This document shows, piece after piece, positions 1-9,796 of a stretch of DNA of 64,000 nt. The stretch is taken from contig JAFSCS010000031.1 of assembly GCA_017436675.1 (NCBI GenBank), forward strand, positions 638 through 64,637. The letters run 5' to 3'. Position numbers and translations under genes: made by a program. Position 1 is the first letter of the stretch. Every line of letters begins with the position of its first letter. Under the pieces are notes generated by a model. The model was not told the DNA's origin. It saw only the letters and a list, made by a program, of their open reading frames with translations, and ran no database searches. The DNA is from Clostridia bacterium. Lineage in GTDB: Bacteria; Bacillota; Clostridia; Oscillospirales; CAG-382.

Positions 1-52
1 CGTTATGGTTACAAAACCGATGCCTATAGCCCGCTATGGAAAGGAAGATATT

Positions 53-973
53 ATGAGAATTGAGCTTTTGAGAAGGTTTATCGTGATAGCAGAGGAGCTG
101 AATTTAACTACCGCTGCTGCGAAGCTTTTCGTTGCGCAGCCGCTTCTCTCAAAGCAGCTGAAGCAGCTTGAGGAGGAGTATGGAACGAAGCTGATCAACA
201 GAACGACGACGAGTATGACCTTGACGCCCGAGGGCGAGGTCTTGTATGAACGTGCGAAGCTGATCTGTGAGATCGACTCACAGACGAGAAATGATTTATC
301 TATAAACAGAAGACGCGGAAACCGTGTTTTGCGCTTGGCGTTACCTCCGTTTGTCGCAACGTCGTTTTTCGGCGGAAAAGGTAAGGAGTTTTTGGACAAA
401 TACCCGTTTTTGCGTTTAAACGTGCTTGAGGGCGGAGCGTTCAACACGGTCCAACACCTGAAGATCGGTGTTGCCGACGTTGTCGTAACTCATACCTCCG
501 AGTCTTTTCTCGGCGAGGTCGAATCGTTTTACTCGCGCAAGGTGAGCTTTATCCTCGCATATTCGAAGGAGGAGTTCCCCGAATTTTGCGGAAGGGAAGT
601 CGTATCGACGCGCGACCTCGTGGACGTGCCGCTTTACGTCTGCAGCCGCTTTGCTTCGCTTTTGCACGCATCCGAGCTTTCACGAAATCTGCATTTCAAC
701 ATCACCTGCACGACCAACGTACTGCTGACGGGTGTTAAGCTCGTTGAAAACGGATATGCCGTCGGCTTATTTCCGAGCTACGTATATCCGCAGCTGAAGG
801 AGAAGAGCGATCTCGGTCTTTGCTTTATCGACGACGAGCATCTTTCGATCGAGATGCACGTTTTGATGGCGTCAAGCAAAGAGCCGGACGATATGCTGAT
901 GGATCTGATATACACTCTCAGCGAGTCACTTGACGAGCTGATCGACAGGGAGGAAGCTGATGATGACGCTTGA
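53..973 (+). CDS. LysR-family transcriptional regulator
   Basis: N-terminal LysR HTH (F..IAEELNLTTAAAKLFVAQPLLSKQLKQLEEEYG..L..RT..LTPEG); ATG at 53 follows AAGGAAG. Confidence 0.9.
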   Translation: MRIELLRRFIVIAEELNLTTAAAKLFVAQPLLSKQLKQLEEEYGTKLINRTTTSMTLTPEGEVLYERAKLICEIDSQTRNDLSINRRRGNRVLRLALPPFVATSFFGGKGKEFLDKYPFLRLNVLEGGAFNTVQHLKIGVADVVVTHTSESFLGEVESFYSRKVSFILAYSKEEFPEFCGREVVSTRDLVDVPLYVCSRFASLLHASELSRNLHFNITCTTNVLLTGVKLVENGYAVGLFPSYVYPQLKEKSDLGLCFIDDEHLSIEMHVLMASSKEPDDMLMDLIYTLSESLDELIDREEADDDA

Positions 974-1502
974 GACCGCAAGAACAAACAAAGATATCCA
1001 TGCGATGAAAAAGCTCTATCTCGAGGCGTTCCCGCGTGAGGAACGGAAGCCGTTTTGGTTGATGAGAAAAAAGGTGAAAACGAAAGAGATGGAGATGCTC
1101 TCAATAAAGGACGGGGATGAGTTTCTCGGACTTATGATTACGATCCCGCGCTCCGACGCGGTGCTTCTCGATTATTTTGCCGTAGTCCCGGAAAAGCGAG
1201 GCGGTGGCATCGGCGAACGTGCCTTGAAGCTTTTCGGCGAGTATTACGAGGGCAAAACGCTCGTCATCGAGATAGAGACACCTAAGGAGGATGCACCGAA
1301 CAACGACGAACGAAAAAGACGCGAGCGATTCTATCACAGATGCGGGTTTTCGGAGGTCGGAGTCGATATTCTGCTTTTCGGAGTTGAGATGAAGCTGTTG
1401 ACACTCGGACGTCCGATGGATTACGACGAATATATTTCGTTTTACAGCGAACTGTTCGGAAAAGGAATAATTAATAATATAAAAATGTTGAAAACGGGTT
1501 GA
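960..1502 (+). CDS. GNAT-family N-acetyltransferase
   Basis: LDYFAV..EKRGGGIG acetyl-CoA motif and RFYHRCGF. Confidence 0.85.
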   Translation: MMTLETARTNKDIHAMKKLYLEAFPREERKPFWLMRKKVKTKEMEMLSIKDGDEFLGLMITIPRSDAVLLDYFAVVPEKRGGGIGERALKLFGEYYEGKTLVIEIETPKEDAPNNDERKRRERFYHRCGFSEVGVDILLFGVEMKLLTLGRPMDYDEYISFYSELFGKGIINNIKMLKTG

Positions 1503-1565
1503 TTTTTATCGATTGATGTAATATAATGTTAGATAGAGAAATATGGAAAAACGAGGGACTTCGTT

Positions 1566-2633
1566 ATGGAAAAAACATGTAAGAAAATTGGTGTATTGAC
1601 AAGCGGTGGTGACGCACCGGGTATGAACTGTGCTATCCGTGCAGTGACGAGACTTGCTATCCAAAAGGGCCTTCAAGTCGTTGGTATCTACAACGGATAC
1701 GACGGATTGCTCAAGGAGAATTTCAAAGAGCTGAAGGAACGCGACGTTTCTTCGATCATGAACCACGGCGGTACTATGCTCTATACATCGCGTTCAGATA
1801 GATTTAAATCCACCGAAGGTCTCGAGCAAGCCGCTGAGATCTGCCGTCGTCACGAGATCGACGGTATCGTTACCATCGGTGGTGACGGAACGTTCAGAGG
1901 TGCGGCTGACCTTGTTGAGCACGGCGTGCCTTGTATCGGTGTTCCCGGTACTATCGATAACGATATCGCGGTCACCGACGCTACGATCGGCTTCGACACG
2001 GCGATGAGCACCGTCGTTGAGCTTGTCGACAAGATACGTGACACCTGCGAAAGCCACGCGAGATGTAACGTCGTTGAGGTTATGGGAAGACGCGCAGGTG
2101 ATATCGCGATCTCCTCTGCTATCGCAACGGGCGCAACTGCGGCTGTAGTTCGTGAATACAGATTTGACGAGGACGTGCTTTTCGAGAAGATGAGAAAAGC
2201 GAAGAAGAACGGAAAACGTAACTTCATCATAATCGTCTCCGAGGGTAAAGGGAAGCACTTCGGTGAAGCACTCGCAGAACAGATCGAGGCTGCTACGGGC
2301 ATCAACTCCAACTTCGCAAAATTCGCTCACGTTCAAAGAGGCGGCTCGCCTACTCTCGCTGACCGCGTGCTTGCGACACGTATGGGTGCGGCTGCTGTTG
2401 AAGAGCTTCTTGCAGGTAACGCAAAACGTGTAATCGCACTCCAAAACACGAAGATCGTTTCCGTTGATATCGCAGAAAGCCAACTCGCCGACGCGATAAT
2501 GAAGAATACCGCAACGCCCGAGATGTTCGAGAAATTCTCTCCAGAGGTCATCGAAAGATGCAAAGCTCGTGTTGCCGAGGTCGAAGCAAAGAAAAAACAA
2601 CTCTATGATCTCGTCGATATTATGTCGCTCTGA
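1566..2633 (+). CDS. pfkA: ATP-dependent 6-phosphofructokinase
   Basis: TSGGDAPGMN, IGGDG, PGTIDNDI, EVMGR and HVQRGG motifs. Confidence 0.95.
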   Translation: MEKTCKKIGVLTSGGDAPGMNCAIRAVTRLAIQKGLQVVGIYNGYDGLLKENFKELKERDVSSIMNHGGTMLYTSRSDRFKSTEGLEQAAEICRRHEIDGIVTIGGDGTFRGAADLVEHGVPCIGVPGTIDNDIAVTDATIGFDTAMSTVVELVDKIRDTCESHARCNVVEVMGRRAGDIAISSAIATGATAAVVREYRFDEDVLFEKMRKAKKNGKRNFIIIVSEGKGKHFGEALAEQIEAATGINSNFAKFAHVQRGGSPTLADRVLATRMGAAAVEELLAGNAKRVIALQNTKIVSVDIAESQLADAIMKNTATPEMFEKFSPEVIERCKARVAEVEAKKKQLYDLVDIMSL

Positions 2634-2703
2634 TGACTTCGACGTGACTTAAGAAAACTTTTAGAAAAAGTTTTCTTAAGAATCTTTCAAAACTTTTTGA
2701 TTG

Positions 2704-2777
2704 CTTTTCCCCAATGGGTGCTTTGTTGCCCTTTGGGGATTTTCTTTTTTTGTTAATAAGCACCCATTGGGGAAAAG
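2704..2777. repeat. Perfect 20-bp inverted repeat (CTTTTCCCCAATGGGTGCTT ... AAGCACCCATTGGGGAAAAG)
   Basis: Arms read directly at 2704-2723 and 2758-2777. Confidence 0.8.
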
Positions 2778-2879
2778 TAGTTAGAAGCTCTAAAGACTCT
2801 AAAGAAACTCTTCTAAAGGTTTTCTTTAATCGTCGAAACTACAAGGACAAACAACCAAAAGTTTTAGTCGAGATTATTT

Positions 2880-3002
2880 GTGTTGAAACATATTCGTCAC
2901 CACACAATCAAAAGTTTTGGTCGAGCTTTTCCAAAAGCTCGCGGGTGGATGGCTTTTTTGGCGAAGCCAAAATCCAACACTATTTGCTTTGCAAATAGTG
3001 TG
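2880..3002 (+). repeat. Dispersed multi-hairpin intergenic repeat, copy 1
   Basis: Shares TTCGTCACCA, TTTTGGCGAAGCCAAAA and CAACACTATT..AATAGTGTG with 12084-12205. Confidence 0.75.
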
Positions 3003-3169
3003 CGCCCACCAAAATGTGAAGCCTTGGTACGCCACGGCTTTGAAATCGTTTTCAGTCAAGGCGTCGCCTTATGGCGACCATATTTCACGAATTTGAAAAA
3101 GACGGCATTTTGCCGTCTTTGTTGTTGTTCATAATGCAAAAGCGCTCATATTTACCACTAAAATGGCTT

Positions 3170-3259
3170 TTGTTCATAATTTATTCATATTTTGTTCATA
3201 ATTTGTTTACATTTAAATTTGGCAAAAACTATTGACATTTTGCGGGGGGGTATTATAAT
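3170..3259 (+). promoter_or_regulatory. Sigma-A-type promoter (TTGACA 3232, TATAAT 3254) preceded by four 11-bp tandem repeats; G7 tract in the spacer
   Basis: TTGTTCATAAT, TTATTCATATT, TTGTTCATAAT and TTGTTTACATT start at 3170, 3181, 3192 and 3203. Confidence 0.7.
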
Positions 3260-3418
3260 GTAATTGAAGAGTAAAGGGTGCTCTTCTTAAAGGAAAAACA
3301 AGCACTCGGTAAGTACGGTGCAGTAATATTTTTTTGACTTATAGCCGTACTTTCTTTTTGATGATTTGTTTTCAAGGGACAGGTATGGTTTTTTATTTTT
3401 TAAGGAGGAGAGAATGTA

Positions 3419-5050
3419 ATGAAAAAATTTTTAGCATTAATATTTGTCGTTCTTTTGCTTTTTCTAACTGTTTCGCCGACGTTTGCGTTGAGCATAGATC
3501 ATTTGAACGTTGAAGTTACTGAATCGGAGAAAGAGGAAATAATTGAGTTTTTGAAAAAATATAATGAGTTGATCTTGCTCGGTTATATGTGTGAGGGCTC
3601 TTTTGAATATGATGACTCGGTGATGTACGGCACCTCAGAGGAGATCAATATTGAAAGCGATATGTTTCCCGATAACGTTAACGAGTATATTTCAAAAAGA
3701 TACGAGCAGTATTCGAATGTCGGATATCTTGTCACCGATGAGCGTTTCAACAGTTATGAAGAGCTTTATGACTTAGTATATGAGGTTTTTCTTGAACGGT
3801 ATTCATATACTCGTTTTCACGAAAAATGTAGGGACGTCTATTATGAGTTTTTCGGAAACGATCCGCTATTTCAGGATTGGGTTTCTGACAACTATGGAGA
3901 ATCGAATTATTCTGCGGTACTCGCCCCATCTTTTAAGGTAGATAACGATGGAAATATGTATACGGCGAAGCCGATAAACGATTATGCAACCTTGTACTAC
4001 AGATATATTGATATAGAGTCCGTAGAGATCGGCGCTGATCATAATTTTTATTATATTTTTGCAAGAGGCTCATCGGAATTCAAAAACGGAAAGGTGAGCG
4101 AACCCGATTCCGATGTCAGAATGATGATCACAAAAAAGAGTTCTGACCCCGAAACTCCGGAACCTTACAAAATGTTTACAATTCAATCTATATATGCCAA
4201 GCGAGATCACATCCAAAGTCAAGATATCAGCAAATTGACAGAAGAAGAAATGGTAAACTATTGTATCGAAAGATATGATACTATAAATTCCGAGCTTCTT
4301 AAAGTTGACAGAGGAAAAATCTATAAATTAGATAATCTTAATACACGCATACTTGGGGAAGATAACAACAACTATTATAAAATTGAGAGCGATATTTTCC
4401 GTTCGATCGTTGACGTGTATGATTGGTTGAAGAGTTTGAAAGAAAACACAAGGGAGTTTTATAATCTCTATCTTACGGGTGGATATTTTGAGTTGAGGAA
4501 TGAAAGAGGGATCGGAACAGATGAATGGGCTATCCATTTCCCGTACCTTGCTGATACGGAATACGGTCTGTTTCTTTCCGAAACTGCGTTAGAGCAAGGA
4601 TTTCTCGAGCTTCCGCTGAGTGATGAGATAAAGGAAACTCCGAAAATGTCAAAAAAATCCTATTTCACTTTTTCGTTGAGCAGCGGTAAGTATTATGGAG
4701 ATTATTATTTTGATCTATTTTCCGCTAAAGAAACAGGCAAAATAACTAATCTTCAATTTATCGCACATACTCATTCGGAAGTATTATCTGACGCCTACTT
4801 CGATTGGTCGGCAGACACTTGGTTGAGATATAAGATCAGGTCTAACGATGGAGATGACTATACCTATGATAACTATCGTTATGACCGTGACCAAGAAAAA
4901 TGGGTACCCACCTTGCTTGAGAGCGAAAAGCCGTATGAAATATGCTTATATTTACAACATGAAAACGTTAACGCTAAATTTTTTGGTTTTAATTTATTTG
5001 AATACGGCATCTATGATACCGAGTACGTTTTGCCGAGCTCGATTGAATAA
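3419..5050 (+). CDS. Secreted hypothetical protein (Tyr/acidic-rich, AT-rich gene)
   Basis: Signal peptide MKKFLALIFVVLLLFLTVSPTFA; AGGAGG RBS; no family recognised. Confidence 0.75.
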   Translation: MKKFLALIFVVLLLFLTVSPTFALSIDHLNVEVTESEKEEIIEFLKKYNELILLGYMCEGSFEYDDSVMYGTSEEINIESDMFPDNVNEYISKRYEQYSNVGYLVTDERFNSYEELYDLVYEVFLERYSYTRFHEKCRDVYYEFFGNDPLFQDWVSDNYGESNYSAVLAPSFKVDNDGNMYTAKPINDYATLYYRYIDIESVEIGADHNFYYIFARGSSEFKNGKVSEPDSDVRMMITKKSSDPETPEPYKMFTIQSIYAKRDHIQSQDISKLTEEEMVNYCIERYDTINSELLKVDRGKIYKLDNLNTRILGEDNNNYYKIESDIFRSIVDVYDWLKSLKENTREFYNLYLTGGYFELRNERGIGTDEWAIHFPYLADTEYGLFLSETALEQGFLELPLSDEIKETPKMSKKSYFTFSLSSGKYYGDYYFDLFSAKETGKITNLQFIAHTHSEVLSDAYFDWSADTWLRYKIRSNDGDDYTYDNYRYDRDQEKWVPTLLESEKPYEICLYLQHENVNAKFFGFNLFEYGIYDTEYVLPSSIE

Positions 5051-5081
5051 TCTGCTCCGACGGTGTTATTGAATTGTAATA

Positions 5082-5107
5082 AAAAAGTCCTCTTTCGAGG
5101 ACTTTTT
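5082..5107. terminator. Bidirectional intrinsic terminator
   Basis: AAAAAGTCCTC-TTTC-GAGGACTTTTT between convergent genes. Confidence 0.8.
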
Positions 5108-5113
5108 CTTATA

Positions 5114-6598
5114 TTATTTATGATAAAGTTTTTTCGTTTGGTATATCGGCTCGGTGGTGATGTTGATCCCGAGCTTGCGAAGCACGTTATCGTCGACTTG
5201 CGAAAGAATTACGCTCGAGTGCATCTCGCATCCTCTCAATTTCGGGAGCTGTGCGAGCGCGAGTGCTGCCGTCGGGTTCGTCGCCGCGCATATCGAGAGC
5301 GCAACGAGCACCTCGTCGGTGTGGAGTCTCGGGTTTCTGTTGCCGAGATACGTCGTTTTGAGGTCTTGAACGGGCTCGATAACGACGGGTGAGATCAAAA
5401 GCAGGTCGTCAGGTGTGTCGCTGAGTGCCTTCAAAGCATTGAGAAGCGCCGCTGATGTCGCGCCGAGAAGCGATGACGTTTTACCAGTGACGATACGTCC
5501 GTCAGGTAGCTCGATCGCTGCCGCAGGGCCTTCGGTCGCCTCAGCCTTTTCAAGCGCCGCCTTAACGACTGTGCGCTCGGCGGTGGTAACGCCCGCCTGT
5601 TTCATAAGCAATTCTATTCTGAACACCTCGTCGTTGGTGTTCTTTCCGTTTTTAACGCCGCAAAGCGTGTTGTAATAACGTCTAACGATCTCCATCTTCG
5701 CCGCGCTTCTGACAGCCTCGTCGTCGAAGATGCAGTTTCCGACCATATTGACACCCATATCGGTCGGGGATCTATAGGGTGACGAGCCGTAGATAAGCTC
5801 GAACATCGCGTTAAGCACGGGGAATATCTCGACGTCACGGTTGTAGTTTACCGTAGTCACGCCATATGCATCAAGATGGAACGGGTCGATCATATTGACG
5901 TCGTTGAGGTCAGCGGTCGCCGCCTCGTATGCGAGGTTGACAGGATGCTTCAACGGAATATTCCAGATCGGGAAAGTCTCGAATTTCGAATATCCCGATT
6001 TTATACCGCGCTTATTGTCGTGGTAGAGCTGAGAAAGGCAGGTCGCCATCTTTCCGCTTCCGGGACCGGGTGCGGTAACGACGACGAGCGAGCGGCTCGT
6101 TTCGATATAGTCGTTTTTACCGTACCCCTCGTCGCTGACGATATGGGGGATGTTCGACGGATATCCGCTGATCTTATAGTGGCAATACGTTTTCAGCCCG
6201 AGGTTTTCGAGCTTCGTTTTGAACTTATCGGCTGACGGTTGTCCGTTATAGTGGGTGAGCACAACGCTACCGACGTAGAGCCCGATCCCTCTGAGCGCGT
6301 CGATAAGGCGCAACGCATCGAGGTCATAGGTGATACCCAAGTCGCCTCTGACCTTATTTTTTTCGATATCCTCACTGCTTACGACGATAACGACCTCTGC
6401 TTGATCCTTCAGCTTCATCAGCATCTTCACCTTCGAGTCGGGAGCAAAGCCGGGCAACACGCGAGCTGCGTGATAGTCGTCGAAAAGCTTTCCGCCAAAC
6501 TCCAAATAGAGCTTGCCGCCGAACTGATCGATGCGCTCCTTGATATGCTGTGATTGCAGAGCAATATATTTATCGTTATCGAAACCGATCCTATCCAT
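5114..6598 (-). CDS. DUF1846 (UPF0371) family protein
   Basis: [40 protein letters not shown] and [19 protein letters not shown]. Confidence 0.9.
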   Translation of the reverse strand: MDRIGFDNDKYIALQSQHIKERIDQFGGKLYLEFGGKLFDDYHAARVLPGFAPDSKVKMLMKLKDQAEVVIVVSSEDIEKNKVRGDLGITYDLDALRLIDALRGIGLYVGSVVLTHYNGQPSADKFKTKLENLGLKTYCHYKISGYPSNIPHIVSDEGYGKNDYIETSRSLVVVTAPGPGSGKMATCLSQLYHDNKRGIKSGYSKFETFPIWNIPLKHPVNLAYEAATADLNDVNMIDPFHLDAYGVTTVNYNRDVEIFPVLNAMFELIYGSSPYRSPTDMGVNMVGNCIFDDEAVRSAAKMEIVRRYYNTLCGVKNGKNTNDEVFRIELLMKQAGVTTAERTVVKAALEKAEATEGPAAAIELPDGRIVTGKTSSLLGATSAALLNALKALSDTPDDLLLISPVVIEPVQDLKTTYLGNRNPRLHTDEVLVALSICAATNPTAALALAQLPKLRGCEMHSSVILSQVDDNVLRKLGINITTEPIYQTKKLYHK

Positions 6599-6931
6599 TT
6601 TACACCGTCCTGAACATACTGCATCTATTTTATACTTTATCTCGTGTTTTGTCAACCAATTTCGACTAAATAATTTTTTAAAAATAATCACGCTGAAATG
6701 AATATTTATATTGATTTTTCAGATGAATCGTGCTAAACTTATTCCGTATGTTTATGGCGTTCGTTTTGTTGGTCTCACGGTGCAAAATCGCATTTCTCAC
6801 GGTGCCGCCTCCAATCTCACGAGGAAAACGTACAAAATCTATCAATAAGAAAGGTAATGGGGTATTTTGCCGCGTTTTTGAGTTGCGTGGCTGCAAAATA
6901 GTCCCTGTTTCGCAAAGAAAGGATAACAAAA

Positions 6932-9199
6932 ATGTTTGAGATAAAAAAGCTGCCGAGCTATGTTGCGGAGTTTTTCGGCTCAAAGGGTATAGATATGTCA
7001 TCTGCCGTTATCACGATGCAAAGCGATATGGGCAGGGATTCCGTCTATAAGGACGTCTATATCGTTTTGACGGAAAATACTCTTGCTTATGCCGAGGGAA
7101 GCGTTGTTGTCGCTGACCGAAGCGGTGGCACTTTTATTGAAAAAGAATTTATCGTTTACGAAAAAGAAAAGCTCGAGGAGCTGAAGGTCGAATCGATGAT
7201 CTCCTCGGGAGCCGTCGTCGGAAAATATGACGGCACAGACACACTTATCTTCAACTTTTCGAACACGTACCGTCACGAAGCAAACAGCTTTTGCAGAATG
7301 TACGGTGAGCTGAAAAAGGACGGAAAGATCAACGAGGAGAAGGCGAAGAAGGATCTCGAAAGCGAGAATTTTTGCCCGAAATGTCATCTTCGTTATCCCG
7401 ATCCGTCTCGCAAGGTGTGTCCGAAATGTATGGACAAGGCAAAGCTGATAAAACGCTTGATGGGCTTTTTCGTCAAATATAAGGGCTATATGCTTCTTAT
7501 AATGCTGACGTTTTTGCTCAGCGGCGGTCTTACCGTTCTCAGTCCATACGTCAGCAATAAGGTCTTTTATGACGACGTGCTGACCGAAGGCGGAAAAATG
7601 TTCGGTCAGATCGGTATCGTTATCGCGATGATCGTTGGTGTCAGGATCATTTCGATGGGCGTAAGTATGATCAACGGTATCATTTCGTCGAGAGTTGCGG
7701 CGAAGGTGGTATACGACCTCAAAAAGACGATATTCGATGCGATAAGAAGGCTTTCGCTTGGATTTTTCACTAACAGACAAACGGGCGGACTGATGACTCA
7801 GGTCAACAGCGACGCCACGACGATATATTGGTTCTTCTGCGACGGATTTCCGTATCTTGTCACGAGCGTGATCCAGCTCGTCGTAGTAATGACGATGATG
7901 CTGTTTCTCAATCCGAAGCTGACGCTTTATACGTTCTTGACAGTGCCGTTTTTCTTCCTGTCATATCGTCTCGTTTTCAGATTGTTCTCGAAGCTCCACG
8001 CTCGAAGCTATTCGCGCCGCCGCTCGTTCAACTCGCTGATAAGCGACGTTTTGACGGGTGTGCGCGTTGTAAAATCGTTCTCGCGCGAGGAAGCGGAGAT
8101 AAAGAGATTTGAAAAGAGCAACCGTAACCTTCGCGATGCCACGATCAACATCGGCACGACGCGAAACCTCATTTTCCCCGCGATCGGATTTATGCTGAAG
8201 ATCGGAACGTTTCTCGTTTGGGGTATCGGCGGCTGGAGCGTTATCAAGGGCGAGGGCGAGATGACTTACGGTATCTTGATGCAGTTTATCGCATATATGG
8301 ATCTCGTTTATTCACCGCTTGATTTCTTGGCGGACGTGTCGAACTGGTGGGCAGAATGCCTCAACTCGATGCAGCGTCTTTTCGAGATCTCCGATGCAGT
8401 TCCCGAGGTTCGCGAAAAGGAAGAGCCCGTCGTTCTCGACGAGGTGAAGGGCGACGTCGAGTTTCGAAACGTATCCTTTGCATATGAGGAAAACCGAAAG
8501 GTCATCGATTCCGTCAGCTTCAACGTTGAAGCGGGAAGCACACTCGGCATCGTCGGTCATACCGGTGCAGGAAAAAGTACACTTGCCAACCTTTTGACTC
8601 GTCTCTACGATCCTGCGGACGGTGATGTGTTCATCGACGGAGTGAATTTGAAGGACATCTCCTTCAGCCAGCTCCACGATATGATCGCGATAGTGAGCCA
8701 AGAGACTTATCTTTTCCGAGGTACGATACTCGACAATATAAGATATGCAAAGCCCGATGCGACGTATGAGGAGGTCGTTCGTGCGGCGAAGATCGCCTCG
8801 GCGCATCAATTTATAATAAAATATCCCGATGGATACCAAACGCTTGTCGGTTGGGGACACAAGGATCTTTCCGGCGGTGAAAGACAGCGTGTTTCGATAG
8901 CAAGAGCTATTTTGAAAAACCCGAAGATACTCATCCTCGACGAAGCGACCGCGGCAATGGATACCCAGACGGAAAGACAGATACAAGAAGCACTCAACCT
9001 CATCACGAAGGACAGAACGACGATAATAATCGCCCACCGTCTTTCGACGCTTCGCGAAGCGGATAAGCTCATCGTCGTTGAAAACGGCAAGGTCGTTGAA
9101 AGCGGCACCGCGAAGGAGCTTTTGAAGGCTGAGGGTGTGTATTACAAGCTCTATAAGCTTCAAGCCGAGGCGTTGAAGACCGTCGGTATTGAAGAGTAA
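6932..9199 (+). CDS. ABC exporter (TMD+NBD) with N-terminal extension and CxxC..CxxC knuckle
   Basis: GHTGAGKST, LSGGERQR, ILDEAT; transmembrane helices; CPKC...CPKC. Confidence 0.9.
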   Translation: MFEIKKLPSYVAEFFGSKGIDMSSAVITMQSDMGRDSVYKDVYIVLTENTLAYAEGSVVVADRSGGTFIEKEFIVYEKEKLEELKVESMISSGAVVGKYDGTDTLIFNFSNTYRHEANSFCRMYGELKKDGKINEEKAKKDLESENFCPKCHLRYPDPSRKVCPKCMDKAKLIKRLMGFFVKYKGYMLLIMLTFLLSGGLTVLSPYVSNKVFYDDVLTEGGKMFGQIGIVIAMIVGVRIISMGVSMINGIISSRVAAKVVYDLKKTIFDAIRRLSLGFFTNRQTGGLMTQVNSDATTIYWFFCDGFPYLVTSVIQLVVVMTMMLFLNPKLTLYTFLTVPFFFLSYRLVFRLFSKLHARSYSRRRSFNSLISDVLTGVRVVKSFSREEAEIKRFEKSNRNLRDATINIGTTRNLIFPAIGFMLKIGTFLVWGIGGWSVIKGEGEMTYGILMQFIAYMDLVYSPLDFLADVSNWWAECLNSMQRLFEISDAVPEVREKEEPVVLDEVKGDVEFRNVSFAYEENRKVIDSVSFNVEAGSTLGIVGHTGAGKSTLANLLTRLYDPADGDVFIDGVNLKDISFSQLHDMIAIVSQETYLFRGTILDNIRYAKPDATYEEVVRAAKIASAHQFIIKYPDGYQTLVGWGHKDLSGGERQRVSIARAILKNPKILILDEATAAMDTQTERQIQEALNLITKDRTTIIIAHRLSTLREADKLIVVENGKVVESGTAKELLKAEGVYYKLYKLQAEALKTVGIEE

Positions 9200-9212
9200 G
9201 GAGGACAGATAA

Positions 9213-9779
9213 ATGGATAATAATCGTGCCTTCACCGATCTGGTGGAGATAACATATTTCAACAGCGAAAACACAAAATTCTATCTCACCCCCGCGGGAT
9301 TTCCCGCACTTGAGGCGTATATGAAGAAGGTAGTTACCAACGACCTCAAGGAAGAGAGCGAAGAGGTGCTTTGGCAGGACCTCGGAAGAGTGTATTTTCA
9401 CCGTGCGTTTCCGTTCGATATGCCGACGAAGTTCATCTCCGTCGTAGACAAGGAGGGAAAGGAATACGGGATAATCAAGGACGTTGAGGATCTCAGCGAC
9501 GAAGCGAAGGAGATCGTTTTGGCGTCACTCGACAGAAAATACTTCGCACCCGAGATAACGAAGATCAATTCCGTAAAGGATAGATTCGGTTATTCATATT
9601 GGAGCGTTGAGACCGACCACGGAAAAATGGATTTCACGCTTCAGGACACGTTCAGAGCTATCGCGAGGATCAGCGACAATCGTGTCGTCATCACAGACAT
9701 CAAGGGTAACCGCTTCAATATAACGGACGTGGAAGCGCTCGACCATTCGAGCTACCGCAAGATCGAGCTCTATCTGTAA
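9213..9779 (+). CDS. DUF1854 domain protein
   Basis: RAFPF....FIS...GKE.G.I, YF.PEI.KI.SV, W.VETD.G; lies between paired ABC exporters. Confidence 0.75.
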   Translation: MDNNRAFTDLVEITYFNSENTKFYLTPAGFPALEAYMKKVVTNDLKEESEEVLWQDLGRVYFHRAFPFDMPTKFISVVDKEGKEYGIIKDVEDLSDEAKEIVLASLDRKYFAPEITKINSVKDRFGYSYWSVETDHGKMDFTLQDTFRAIARISDNRVVITDIKGNRFNITDVEALDHSSYRKIELYL

Positions 9780-9796
9780 TAGAGCAGGGAGAAAAA

